Shown piece by piece: positions 27,325 through 36,423 of a stretch of 64,000 nucleotides of DNA. The position numbers and the translations under genes were made by a program. Location: positions 5,632,001 to 5,696,000 of the forward strand of contig OZ241917.1 of the NCBI GenBank assembly GCA_965203805.1, in the 5' to 3' direction. The notes beneath the pieces were generated by a model. That model did no database searches. It saw only the letters and a program-made list of their open reading frames with translations, and had not been told where the DNA came from. The stretch comes from Candidatus Latescibacterota bacterium (lineage in GTDB: Bacteria > Latescibacterota > UBA2968 > GCA-2709665). Every line of letters begins with the position of its first letter. Position 1 is the first letter of the stretch.

Positions 27325-28971
27325 ATGAATATGCTAATTCTCAATTTGTCAATTAAGCTGGTGATTTGTTACCTGGTAATTCCAGCCGCAAATCTATGTG
27401 CTTCGGAAGTTGTACGCAACACACAACGACCTCGAGAAAAGGCAGAATTTAGCGCGGATAGACTCACGGAAGGATTCAAAGAGCTCGTTTACCTCAAGGC
27501 TTATCCACATCATGCCTTTGACGTTGATTCCCTGGACGTTGCCGTGGGCTTTTGGCCGCTCTCCGAATTAGATTCGGTATTGGCAGGACAAATCACTTCA
27601 GTTTTGTCGAAACAGGCAAGGCCCGGCGATTCAGAGCATCAGACTTACTCGTTGCGTCTCGACGTTTTCCGTCGGTCGCTGTCAGAAGAGTTGATCTTCA
27701 CAAGCCAGATGCCTCTGCGCATCGGTTCGATGGCGTTTACCATTCCAGTCACCGGACTTGAGGGTGTCCTCATTGGGAGACCACGAATCATCGACCCTCT
27801 GGGAACTGTTCACGAGATTTGGTATTTGCCGGAGGTAGAAGGTGAGAAACCGTATGCGCCGACTATTTTCCTCGGGATTCATCGAGGACGCCAATATGTC
27901 ATGAAGTCAGTCGCTGATACAACAGGACCCGGATTCCGCCGGTTACGAGTTGTCGGTAATCCGAACCGTATCAGTTATCCAAAGAACGATACGCTACATA
28001 GTTTTGCTCGTAGCGTCTGGGATTTACATAATTTCTCCGGACGCATTTATGTCGGTGGTGGTGATTGGATTAACAATCAGGGGCCGGTATCTGTATGGTC
28101 GTTTGTAGGGGATAACAGCCGTTCGAAATATCAATTCCAGAAGGAATTCACCGTCGATGACGAGTCAGTAGATCGCTTCCGGACGTGCGCTGGACGACTC
28201 TTTGTGCCCGGTATAGACGCCACGGAATCCTGGAACTTTGGCAATATCTACATTAAGGAGAACGGGGAATGGCGCAAGCATAGGACGATTCCAAGCGCTG
28301 TCCACGTATTTGACGCAGCCTGCTTCGCCCAAAAGCTCTATGTTACTGCTGACACCGAATTGGGGGCAGCGTTGTACGAATCGAGTGACTGGGGAAAGAC
28401 ATGGAGACGATTCAGTCACGACAATGTTGATGAATTCAGCGATGGCCGTTATATCGAGATGGCGGCACTTGAACAGGGTCTGATCGTGACGCCTGGCCAA
28501 GAATACCTCTATCTCTTTAATAATATTAAACTTGATAGGTTAGTTATCCCGCAATTTCCAGGCCTGGAGAATGACCGACAGATACCTCATCGGGTAACGC
28601 CGTTCCTGAATGGCGTACTTTATACGTATTTGCGATGGAAGGAAGAACAGGCACCCAAACCGCTATATTATCTGACGGATCTAAAGAAGGGTGCAGTTGT
28701 AATTCAACAATTCATGCATGACTGGGTCCAGGACATCGTGGTACGGGATAATGTGTGTTACGTTCTTTCAAGTCGAAGGTCAGGAGACATTTACACCGGC
28801 TATGTGTACGAATCCAGGGATCTTGCGAAGTGGAAATTGGTAGCCCAATTTGAGAATAGCGCGCTTCCGCACTCCCTGGAATATTCGGACGGCGCATTCT
28901 ACGTCGGTCTGGCTGCGCTCTCGGGCCAAGCCAATTCGAATTCAGGCAGTATCTGCCGCCTTGAGCGTTGA
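27325..28971 (+). CDS. Hypothetical secreted protein with probable beta-propeller
   Basis: 548-aa ORF in lower-GC DNA; hydrophobic N-terminus; BNR/Asp-box-like YESSDWGKTW and YESRDLAKW. Confidence 0.65.
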   Translation: MNMLILNLSIKLVICYLVIPAANLCASEVVRNTQRPREKAEFSADRLTEGFKELVYLKAYPHHAFDVDSLDVAVGFWPLSELDSVLAGQITSVLSKQARPGDSEHQTYSLRLDVFRRSLSEELIFTSQMPLRIGSMAFTIPVTGLEGVLIGRPRIIDPLGTVHEIWYLPEVEGEKPYAPTIFLGIHRGRQYVMKSVADTTGPGFRRLRVVGNPNRISYPKNDTLHSFARSVWDLHNFSGRIYVGGGDWINNQGPVSVWSFVGDNSRSKYQFQKEFTVDDESVDRFRTCAGRLFVPGIDATESWNFGNIYIKENGEWRKHRTIPSAVHVFDAACFAQKLYVTADTELGAALYESSDWGKTWRRFSHDNVDEFSDGRYIEMAALEQGLIVTPGQEYLYLFNNIKLDRLVIPQFPGLENDRQIPHRVTPFLNGVLYTYLRWKEEQAPKPLYYLTDLKKGAVVIQQFMHDWVQDIVVRDNVCYVLSSRRSGDIYTGYVYESRDLAKWKLVAQFENSALPHSLEYSDGAFYVGLAALSGQANSNSGSICRLER

Positions 28972-29349
28972 GGCGTTGCCTGCTGTGCCGATATTCAGGG
29001 GCAAATTCGGCCTTTAACAACCCAATGGAATAATGTAGAAAGCAAAAAAGTGCCGAACGATGACTTATGCAAAAGCAACGTTCCTTGGGCAAAACCAGGG
29101 GTAGGAAGCAAGGCGCACGTTGGGACCGCGAAATGTTGGTTCGATTTCATTACGAGGATCGAGAAGCAGGATTCTTGCTTCGATCACGAAACCTTCCACC
29201 AACGATAAAATGATGTGGATCTCGCAGCGTCCCTTCTGGCACGGAAGGCAAATGTCTACTGGCAGGATGGAGTAATTGATCGTTCGATTCCAGGGATAAA
29301 GATACAGTCATTCACAATTGCCAGCTACTGACTCGGATTCAACCCCTGT

Positions 29350-31143
29350 CTATAGCGCGTGGTAGTAATCTCGAATCTTGGCCGCCATCAGTATTCTCCG
29401 CTCCCTGAGAAACTCATCGTAATTTTCAACACCGACTTTCTCCATACCGTTGGGAATACAATGAGCCACGAGGTTTCCGCGTAATTGATCGAGATCTGTA
29501 ATACCTCCGTAATATGACTTTCCATTCTCGCATTGCTGACGAATGTCTTTGAAATATTCGTTGGGAGCCTTGTCGCCAATCGCGATATTTGTCTCGCTCT
29601 GCATTACGACGTAGTTCGCAATCTGGTTGTACCGACTTTGTGGAAGCCCGTTTTGCTTCAGATAGTTCCTGGGAAAGACGTGGTGTATATGCGATAAACC
29701 TTCAAGAAGGTTTTGTACTGTATGATCACGCGAAAGAAATCCCTTGTCGTTCGATTTTACTTGGGATGCCAGGAACACGTTGAAGTACGGGCTGCTGGCA
29801 ACCGAAGTGTCTATGCGCTGTGGTAGACCAACATTCCAGAATGCGTCGGACAGCTCACCTCGTTCAACGACGTCGAGATACGTAAACGCGTCCTGTCCGT
29901 CAAAATTGCGTATGTCAAGTCCAAATGCCGTTTCGGGCGAACTGGTGTATCTGCCCGTAAGGATGGACATCACGAACCAGCGGCGCACCAATTTTTCAAT
30001 TTCGACGGAGTCAATCCCGCGGGCGCGTAACGTTATATACAAGATGTATGCGAAATTGACAGTGTTCTGCGACCGGATCATCGCAACATCTACAAAGCCA
30101 GCCGACCTCAATATCATAACGAACCGTTTGAAGTCGGTCTCGTTCATGTATTGAAGAATCGCACCCTCAAGCCTGCGAAAGGAATTCTCGGCGATGCTCT
30201 CCTCAAATGCACGTGTTTCGAAATTGCGACCAGAAAGTAATGCGACCAAGTCCTCCAGGCGACCGCGTTTAAATTCCGATGTAAATGCGACTCGAAGCAT
30301 ATCGGTGTAAGACGGGTCGTACAGGTCATCTTTCTCGTGCTTCAGCCAAGTCATTGCACGAAAATAGTCCGTATTTGCAAACTCCCTGTCGTTTGCCAGG
30401 CTTTCATACGCTTCGGGCGCAACGGCTAGGTGACAGAAGTAGTCAATGCACTTGCGGAGCTGGTGTCCGTTGTATTTTTCATTGGCGGCCAATCGGGACA
30501 TGGCGAAATCCGCCGCGTTCAGCGTAACCCCCTGGGAGTTGATTCGAACAAAGATCTCAGCGACTGTCTCGACGTCCAGATCTTCATTCAGATCGATCAG
30601 GCCGATAGAGTTGCCTCGTATACCAACGAGTCGATTCAGTCGGTCGTAAATTTCATCTTCATCTGATTCTGAATTTTTCTCACAATGTTCTTTAACCAGC
30701 CTATTCATCTTGGCATCTTGAGCAAAGACGGCCCCAATATTGGCAATCCACTCCGGATCCTTCCTGATCGCTGGGTTCGCAACTTCGAATTCTTCCCTTC
30801 CTGGATGAAATGCGATCGAAATGTGTCTTTTCTTATAGTCCTTGTCAACAACCGGGAGTCCCAATAAAGCCGCTCGGAGGGCTGTCAATCGCTGCTGTCC
30901 ATCAATCAGTATTCGCTTGTGAACGGACGGTGGGCTATCTTTCAGTCGCGCGTCAGGATTCCACCATGAGATTAAATAACCAACCGGGAATCCGCGATAG
31001 AGCGAGTCGATGAAGTCGCGGACCTTCGCGGCGTTCCACACGAAAGGACGCTGTATCTCGGGAATGGCAATCGCGCCGATTTCGATCCAGTTCAGCAGGG
31101 TATGTATCTGGTACTGATTGACTGAATAACGTTGATTTGGCAT
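29350..31143 (-). CDS. GmrSD-like type IV restriction endonuclease (DUF262 plus HNH/DUF1524)
   Basis: IPEIQRPFVW, LIDGQQRLT, IFVRIN; C-terminal IHHVFP...IAN...N. Confidence 0.88.
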   Translation of the reverse strand: MPNQRYSVNQYQIHTLLNWIEIGAIAIPEIQRPFVWNAAKVRDFIDSLYRGFPVGYLISWWNPDARLKDSPPSVHKRILIDGQQRLTALRAALLGLPVVDKDYKKRHISIAFHPGREEFEVANPAIRKDPEWIANIGAVFAQDAKMNRLVKEHCEKNSESDEDEIYDRLNRLVGIRGNSIGLIDLNEDLDVETVAEIFVRINSQGVTLNAADFAMSRLAANEKYNGHQLRKCIDYFCHLAVAPEAYESLANDREFANTDYFRAMTWLKHEKDDLYDPSYTDMLRVAFTSEFKRGRLEDLVALLSGRNFETRAFEESIAENSFRRLEGAILQYMNETDFKRFVMILRSAGFVDVAMIRSQNTVNFAYILYITLRARGIDSVEIEKLVRRWFVMSILTGRYTSSPETAFGLDIRNFDGQDAFTYLDVVERGELSDAFWNVGLPQRIDTSVASSPYFNVFLASQVKSNDKGFLSRDHTVQNLLEGLSHIHHVFPRNYLKQNGLPQSRYNQIANYVVMQSETNIAIGDKAPNEYFKDIRQQCENGKSYYGGITDLDQLRGNLVAHCIPNGMEKVGVENYDEFLRERRILMAAKIRDYYHAL

Positions 31144-31245
31144 GAGTTAAACCTCTGAATGAGTCCACCACGGAGAAACTGTATTGTGAAAGAAAAGAAG
31201 AGTTCGCCAAAATCGATCGGCGAGCAATCAGGAGAAGCCCGACGG

Positions 31246-32439
31246 TCACGGAATCGCGTCTACGGGTACGCGAGGAAGCCCTTGACGTTGAAGATAAAGG
31301 GCGTATCGCTGTTGGATTCTCGTCAGGTAGGGGTGCAGAAGGCGACCAATTCGTTTCTCCCTGAGTTCCCCAAATCGCTTAAGCCGTAGCCTCTTAAATG
31401 TAAATATGACGCTCCTACCATTGCAGGCGGCAAAAGCGACAGATTCGTAAATTCTCTCTTCGAAATGTCCATTGTTGTATCGCTTGTCGATGTCCTCGTC
31501 ACTCATCTCTTCGCCTTCGACACAGTACAGTTGCACCTTGTCCGTTTTCTGACCTCCTCTTGGAATGCAGTCGCAATCCGGCCGTAGATTCAGCAGATAC
31601 CTGCGCTCAGAAGACTGAAACAAGTCACCACACCTGATCTCGTCATCCGGCAAGGAGTCACTCGGCCGCAGGCAGGTTTCGCCAATGAGAGCTCTCAGAT
31701 CATCAGCTGGAACGTCCGTAAAGGGGGCAGCAAGAATCTTTGCCTCGAATTCGTCGGTCCTCATGCGCCCGGTCAGACTGTCATTGATCAGATGAGTCAG
31801 GGACGAACTCGGATCCACACCATCATCATCGTATGCCTTCCAGAACACTCTGGGCCATTCCGGACTTCGGGCATACATCGAAGAGAACAGTTCCTTCTTC
31901 GCAGAACGGCACCCTTGTTCCCAATTCTTAAGGGCATACACGGAAGCGTTGTGGGTGATCCATTCTTCAATTGGTTTGAAATTCAAAGACTCCCCTGACG
32001 TCAGGTCGTTCTTCTGTCGGACGAAGATGAAGTTCCTGTCGGGTTCATCGTCCCGATAAATGGACGCAGGTAATTTGCTCTCAACGTCTTCCGGACTCTC
32101 ATTTGTGAAAATAAACACCGGAACCAGGTAATTCTTCGCCTGTTCAAGGAACTCGATGTTTTTCTTGATCCCCTCTTCTTCCAATTGCGAGGAACCACTG
32201 TTCCAAAGCTTCCAATCCAGCAGAATAAAACTGGCGGCCTGCAATAGATTGGGCCATGTATCACAAGACGGCATCGCTGAGGTTTTGTAGAACGGCAGAT
32301 TCCATTCCCTTTCGATTCCGTCCACAATCGCGAATATCAGATCGTTCCTTGTGTCGTCTCCTCCCTGGTCGGATGCGGTGTCTTTGAACGCGTCGTCAAT
32401 AACAACGGCGATTCCAGACAGAAGTTTCTTCAGGTCCAT
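31246..32439 (-). CDS. Receiver-domain protein with uncharacterised C-terminal domain
   Basis: AVVIDD, FILLDW, VFIFT, RQK; C-terminal GDLF..LNLRPDCDC..RQGLP; TGATG overlap with the kinase. Confidence 0.75.
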   Translation of the reverse strand: MDLKKLLSGIAVVIDDAFKDTASDQGGDDTRNDLIFAIVDGIEREWNLPFYKTSAMPSCDTWPNLLQAASFILLDWKLWNSGSSQLEEEGIKKNIEFLEQAKNYLVPVFIFTNESPEDVESKLPASIYRDDEPDRNFIFVRQKNDLTSGESLNFKPIEEWITHNASVYALKNWEQGCRSAKKELFSSMYARSPEWPRVFWKAYDDDGVDPSSSLTHLINDSLTGRMRTDEFEAKILAAPFTDVPADDLRALIGETCLRPSDSLPDDEIRCGDLFQSSERRYLLNLRPDCDCIPRGGQKTDKVQLYCVEGEEMSDEDIDKRYNNGHFEERIYESVAFAACNGRSVIFTFKRLRLKRFGELREKRIGRLLHPYLTRIQQRYALYLQRQGLPRVPVDAIP

Positions 32440-34640
32440 CAGGCATTCTCCTTCACGAAGCTTACCGCGAAGTTGGCGCCAGGGAGGACCCGTCGGTCGT
32501 GTTCCGCAACCGTAATACTGTAATCGTGTCGATCAAGGAGCTGGCGGGCAATGTACAGACCTAAGCCTCTCCCCTCCTGTCCCTTGCCGGAATAAAACGG
32601 CTCGAAGATATATGGCAGGTCGTCTGGGTCGATGCCGGGGCCGGTGTCCGAGAATACCAATTCTCCCTGTTCTCCGTCCAGGATGACGTTAATTTCTCGT
32701 TTATTCGTGTCGACCGTGTCGAGCCAATAAGCAGCGTTATCGAACAGGTTGATGAGAACCTGCATTACAACGCCATCGTTCGTGTTCGCCGTCAAAGGCG
32801 AGGCGCCCCGCTTGACCTTGTGGTATCGAATGTTTCTCTCTTCTAGCAGCGCCGCGTAGATCTGGTATATCTTGTCCAACACAGGCTCTACTTTAAGGAC
32901 CTTTCGCCGCCGCCGTGAGGCCTTGAACAAACTCTGAACGTCTCGCATCCCTTCAGAAACCTGCTGCAGTACTCCAACCAGCATGTCCGCCTGCTTCTGA
33001 ATGTCCTCATCGTCCGACGATCGTGCCGAACGTGCAAGCTCGCGACCGATCTCGTTTGCCCGGCCCATCAGGAGCATGATGTCGTGGGAGGCCATTTCCA
33101 CGGACAGGCCAACTCCTGCCAGGTCTTCCGTGTTTTCCGCACGTTGCGACAGATACTCTTTCTCGCGTTTATAATCAATTTCGATCTTCGCTACTTCACT
33201 GGCGCGGGACTCATCGCCTGACTGCTTAAGGTTCTCCCTCAATTCCGCCAGATGCTGTGTTACAAGGTCGTCTCTCATCGATCGGGCCGAGTTGCGCTGC
33301 ATCTGCATCTCTCGATATCGTGCGAAGGGATACTGTTTTATGTAAGACAGGAAGGTTTGTACCAGGAAAATGAGATCATCTGCTGCGCCGCCGGTTTCGA
33401 TTAACCCCTCACGGTTGGTCTTGTCCCGAAGTTCCGGGTTGCCTTTTTGAGTGATGTCGATCCAGCCGATAATCTGGTCGTTGCTGAAAAAGTCTCCTGC
33501 TCGCCCTGTTCCACGAGTCACGTCGATACTTAACCAGTCGTCGTCCGGGTCACCGTACGGATAAACCCGCATCTTGTCGCGGTACAGATAGATCCGATGA
33601 GCCTTTAACAGATCCTTATCCACTTGCCTTAATACATGTTTCCCGCTAATTTTTCGCGAAAAATCAAAGATGTAGAAGTTGAATCTGAAATCCCCGCAAC
33701 GATATTGCTGATTCATGGGCGCGAGAGTGCCTGTTCGCGAAAAGCGTCTCCTCCACACCCACAGGCCCTTGATCTTGGGATCGCAAAGACTGATTTCTTC
33801 CTTTCCGGCATGTGTCTCAAATGCGAATACGTTCGTGCTGGAAACATAGCAACCCCGGATATGTAAGACAGGCTTATCTTCTATGAGGGCGTTTATTGTC
33901 TCTGTCTGTTCTGCTTTGACCGACCGGCGTTCGCCGTTACATGAAATGGCGATTTCGATCCGGTCATCTGCACTATGGCCCGTGATTCGTGATACCGGAT
34001 CGGTCAAGTTGGAAACGTCACGACATAGTTTCTTAATAATCTCGTCGTCCCAGTCGCCCTTTAGTGATTGAATCTCTATCAGGGTACCATGTTTCGATCC
34101 GGGGAATTTGAAAGGTGTAGACTGCCGACAGTTAATTTCAATTTCGTCCAGAAAAATGTCCCTCTCCTGTCCGTTCTCAGACACGAAATCATCGTCGAAC
34201 CGGTTAAAGTCGAAATCCACTACGGTTTCAAGTTCATCTTTGGGAGTTCGGGTTGTTACCGTAATCACTCTTCCCAACTTCAAGACCGCAAATCGCCCAA
34301 TGCCCTTTTCTCCTTGTATGACCCTATTCTTATGCGGTGTTCTTCCTCTTCCGCGCCGCTTTTCCATATGCTTTTGAGGTGCAGCCGGATTCATCCACCT
34401 GGAGCGCACCGTATCAAGCGACATCCCCGTGCCGTCGTCAAGTATCACGATTCGAGACTGCTCATTTTGAGTCATATCCAGGTTAAACTGCTCGAATCGT
34501 AATTCGACCCTGTTGGCATCGGCGTCATATGCGTTCTTGATCAATTCGACCAGCGCAATTCTCTCGTTCTTTATCAGCTGGTCGCCCAGCATGGTCAACA
34601 AACGGGCGTATGGCCGTAGCGACAGTGCTTGGGACTTCAT
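32439..34640 (-). CDS. MORC-type GHKL ATPase fused to a histidine kinase
   Basis: ELIKNAYDADA, DDGTGM, GEKGIGRF, RVYPYG; then SHDI, NLFDNA, DTGPGI, FEPF, GRGLGL. Confidence 0.88.
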   Translation of the reverse strand: MKSQALSLRPYARLLTMLGDQLIKNERIALVELIKNAYDADANRVELRFEQFNLDMTQNEQSRIVILDDGTGMSLDTVRSRWMNPAAPQKHMEKRRGRGRTPHKNRVIQGEKGIGRFAVLKLGRVITVTTRTPKDELETVVDFDFNRFDDDFVSENGQERDIFLDEIEINCRQSTPFKFPGSKHGTLIEIQSLKGDWDDEIIKKLCRDVSNLTDPVSRITGHSADDRIEIAISCNGERRSVKAEQTETINALIEDKPVLHIRGCYVSSTNVFAFETHAGKEEISLCDPKIKGLWVWRRRFSRTGTLAPMNQQYRCGDFRFNFYIFDFSRKISGKHVLRQVDKDLLKAHRIYLYRDKMRVYPYGDPDDDWLSIDVTRGTGRAGDFFSNDQIIGWIDITQKGNPELRDKTNREGLIETGGAADDLIFLVQTFLSYIKQYPFARYREMQMQRNSARSMRDDLVTQHLAELRENLKQSGDESRASEVAKIEIDYKREKEYLSQRAENTEDLAGVGLSVEMASHDIMLLMGRANEIGRELARSARSSDDEDIQKQADMLVGVLQQVSEGMRDVQSLFKASRRRRKVLKVEPVLDKIYQIYAALLEERNIRYHKVKRGASPLTANTNDGVVMQVLINLFDNAAYWLDTVDTNKREINVILDGEQGELVFSDTGPGIDPDDLPYIFEPFYSGKGQEGRGLGLYIARQLLDRHDYSITVAEHDRRVLPGANFAVSFVKENA

Positions 34641-35890
34641 TGCATTCTCCCGATGACGACGAATTCTTTACTGTATACCTGACGTTGTGTTGAATCACGT
34701 GTAAACCGACCATGTTTGTCACGGTATGGAGTCATGGTCTTCAACGAAACTTTCCTAGGAATTGTCTTTACGCTGCTAAATCCAGCACGATCCAGGCAAT
34801 TCTCCAAGTGGCGCGCGTTGTCGATTTCAATGCCTTTGTATTGCGTATTCCCAATTACGAATATCGCCATCCCATTTTCATTCAGCATACGCCCACATTT
34901 GGCTACAGCTCTGTCTATGTCAACAAAATAACGAGCGACGGAATACGCGTTGCTTCGATCTATGTTGAGCAGAGATTTATAGGTTTTCATTGGCGACAAG
35001 CCAAGCTGTTCGATGTCGGCGAGGTTGGGCTCCTCAACACTGTACCGTTTGCCAAGCATATTCTTCCGTAAGGTTCGGTAGTCGGATGTGTAACCGAGCC
35101 AGAGTGCTGAAAGTTGATGGATGCTCGCGTAGTCATAGGACGTAACGTACGGCGGACTGGTGACGATTAGGTCCGCTCGGTGCTCGGGCACTATAGTTGC
35201 AAGAAAGTTCCGCCTACGAATTTCAACCCTCGTATTGGGGAATGGAAATCGGTTTTTCCTATTTGCTTTCCGCATCAGCGAAAACTGATTCTCGAATGCG
35301 TCCATTACCCCCTGCGGCGACTTTTCCGGATCGAGTTGGGCCTTTATAGACTTCGTTAGCCATCGAGACGTCGGCTTTAATATGTTCGAAAATGCGCAGA
35401 GAAAGAACCTTCTGTGTGGACTGCCGGGCGGTGTGTGTTGTCGGATGGCCTCGTCAAGTCGGATAAGGTTCCTTATGCTATCCTCATCGAACCAGTATCG
35501 AATCCGTTCGGAAATGCGTTTCTGTCCGTCCTCGCTGGGTTCGGTGCGGTCATATTCCTCCTTGATGGCCTCGAAGTTTCGCACCAGAACGGAATCGTAG
35601 TAATGGTGCGTCTTGACTCGCGCGATCAACGTCGCGACGGGGTTAATGTCACATCCCCAGAAATTCTTTCCATTCCTCTTTGCTTCAACCGCGGTTGTCC
35701 CACATCCACAGAATACGTCAGCAACGATTTTTACCGTTACGCCCTCCTGTGCGGCGTAACTCAGGGCTTTGGTCGTGATGAATGCGGGAAATTTCGCAGG
35801 ATAGCTATGAATTCTATGAATGGGATCTTCTTTCTTGTCACCAAAGTCCCAATATGATTCGGAATTGTCAGAACTACCCATTGTTTTCAC
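34637..35890 (-). CDS. Amino DNA methyltransferase, probably m4C (alpha order)
   Basis: IHSYPAKF, motif I DVFCGCGTT preceding motif IV TSPPY; ATGA overlap with the next gene; start GTG 35890 or ATG 35881. Confidence 0.88.
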   Translation of the reverse strand: MKTMGSSDNSESYWDFGDKKEDPIHRIHSYPAKFPAFITTKALSYAAQEGVTVKIVADVFCGCGTTAVEAKRNGKNFWGCDINPVATLIARVKTHHYYDSVLVRNFEAIKEEYDRTEPSEDGQKRISERIRYWFDEDSIRNLIRLDEAIRQHTPPGSPHRRFFLCAFSNILKPTSRWLTKSIKAQLDPEKSPQGVMDAFENQFSLMRKANRKNRFPFPNTRVEIRRRNFLATIVPEHRADLIVTSPPYVTSYDYASIHQLSALWLGYTSDYRTLRKNMLGKRYSVEEPNLADIEQLGLSPMKTYKSLLNIDRSNAYSVARYFVDIDRAVAKCGRMLNENGMAIFVIGNTQYKGIEIDNARHLENCLDRAGFSSVKTIPRKVSLKTMTPYRDKHGRFTRDSTQRQVYSKEFVVIGRMQ

Positions 35891-36133
35891 CGTATTCCGG
35901 TTTCCGCGAAATGCTGATGCGTGATGATTTTCGATGTCAAATCATGATAGATGTGCCATTAATATACGCGCGTTTTGGACTTTCCGTCAAGACGAGACTA
36001 TGCAGTTGGACTACGGAGCCACCATGAGACGACCGAATTCAATCAGTGTTGTGCAGGTTGGAGTCTTGCCGTAAGACGACGACGCACAATGCGTTCATGG
36101 TTGTTCATGCTGCCAGCTAACGCAAAGGCGGTG

Positions 36134-36252
36134 CGATCCCCCCACCGCATAAGCCTTCGCCAGCCCTTCGACAAGCTCAGGGATCGGCTCGGCTTCTGCC
36201 TGCCTGTCCTGCGGACGCAGGCAGGCGACTCCCCCTCAAGGGGGGGTGATCG
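36134..36252. repeat. Nested palindromic element carrying a CCTG element (36199-36225) and a CTTCGACAAGCTCAG motif
   Basis: Outer CGATCCCCCC/GGGGGGTGATCG; CCTGCCTG-TCC TGC GGA-CG-CAGGCAGG. Confidence 0.7.
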
Positions 36253-36423
36253 ACCGTTGAAAAGGCGCGCGCATTCACTTGCACCCATTTTGTCGCGGCT
36301 GAGCAAAGCGAAACCGCGCTACGAAGACCCTGCACGTGTTGATTTGATGTCTGCTGAATGCCGTAGCGATTGTGGGCACTCTGGACGGAAGCGAAACAAC
36401 CCAAGGGACGATCTTCGGTGACA

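Noticed and set aside
28972-29349. Possible att site or gene remnant at the island edge
   Set aside because: No match to the tRNA-Glu 3' end and no recognisable protein fragment by eye.
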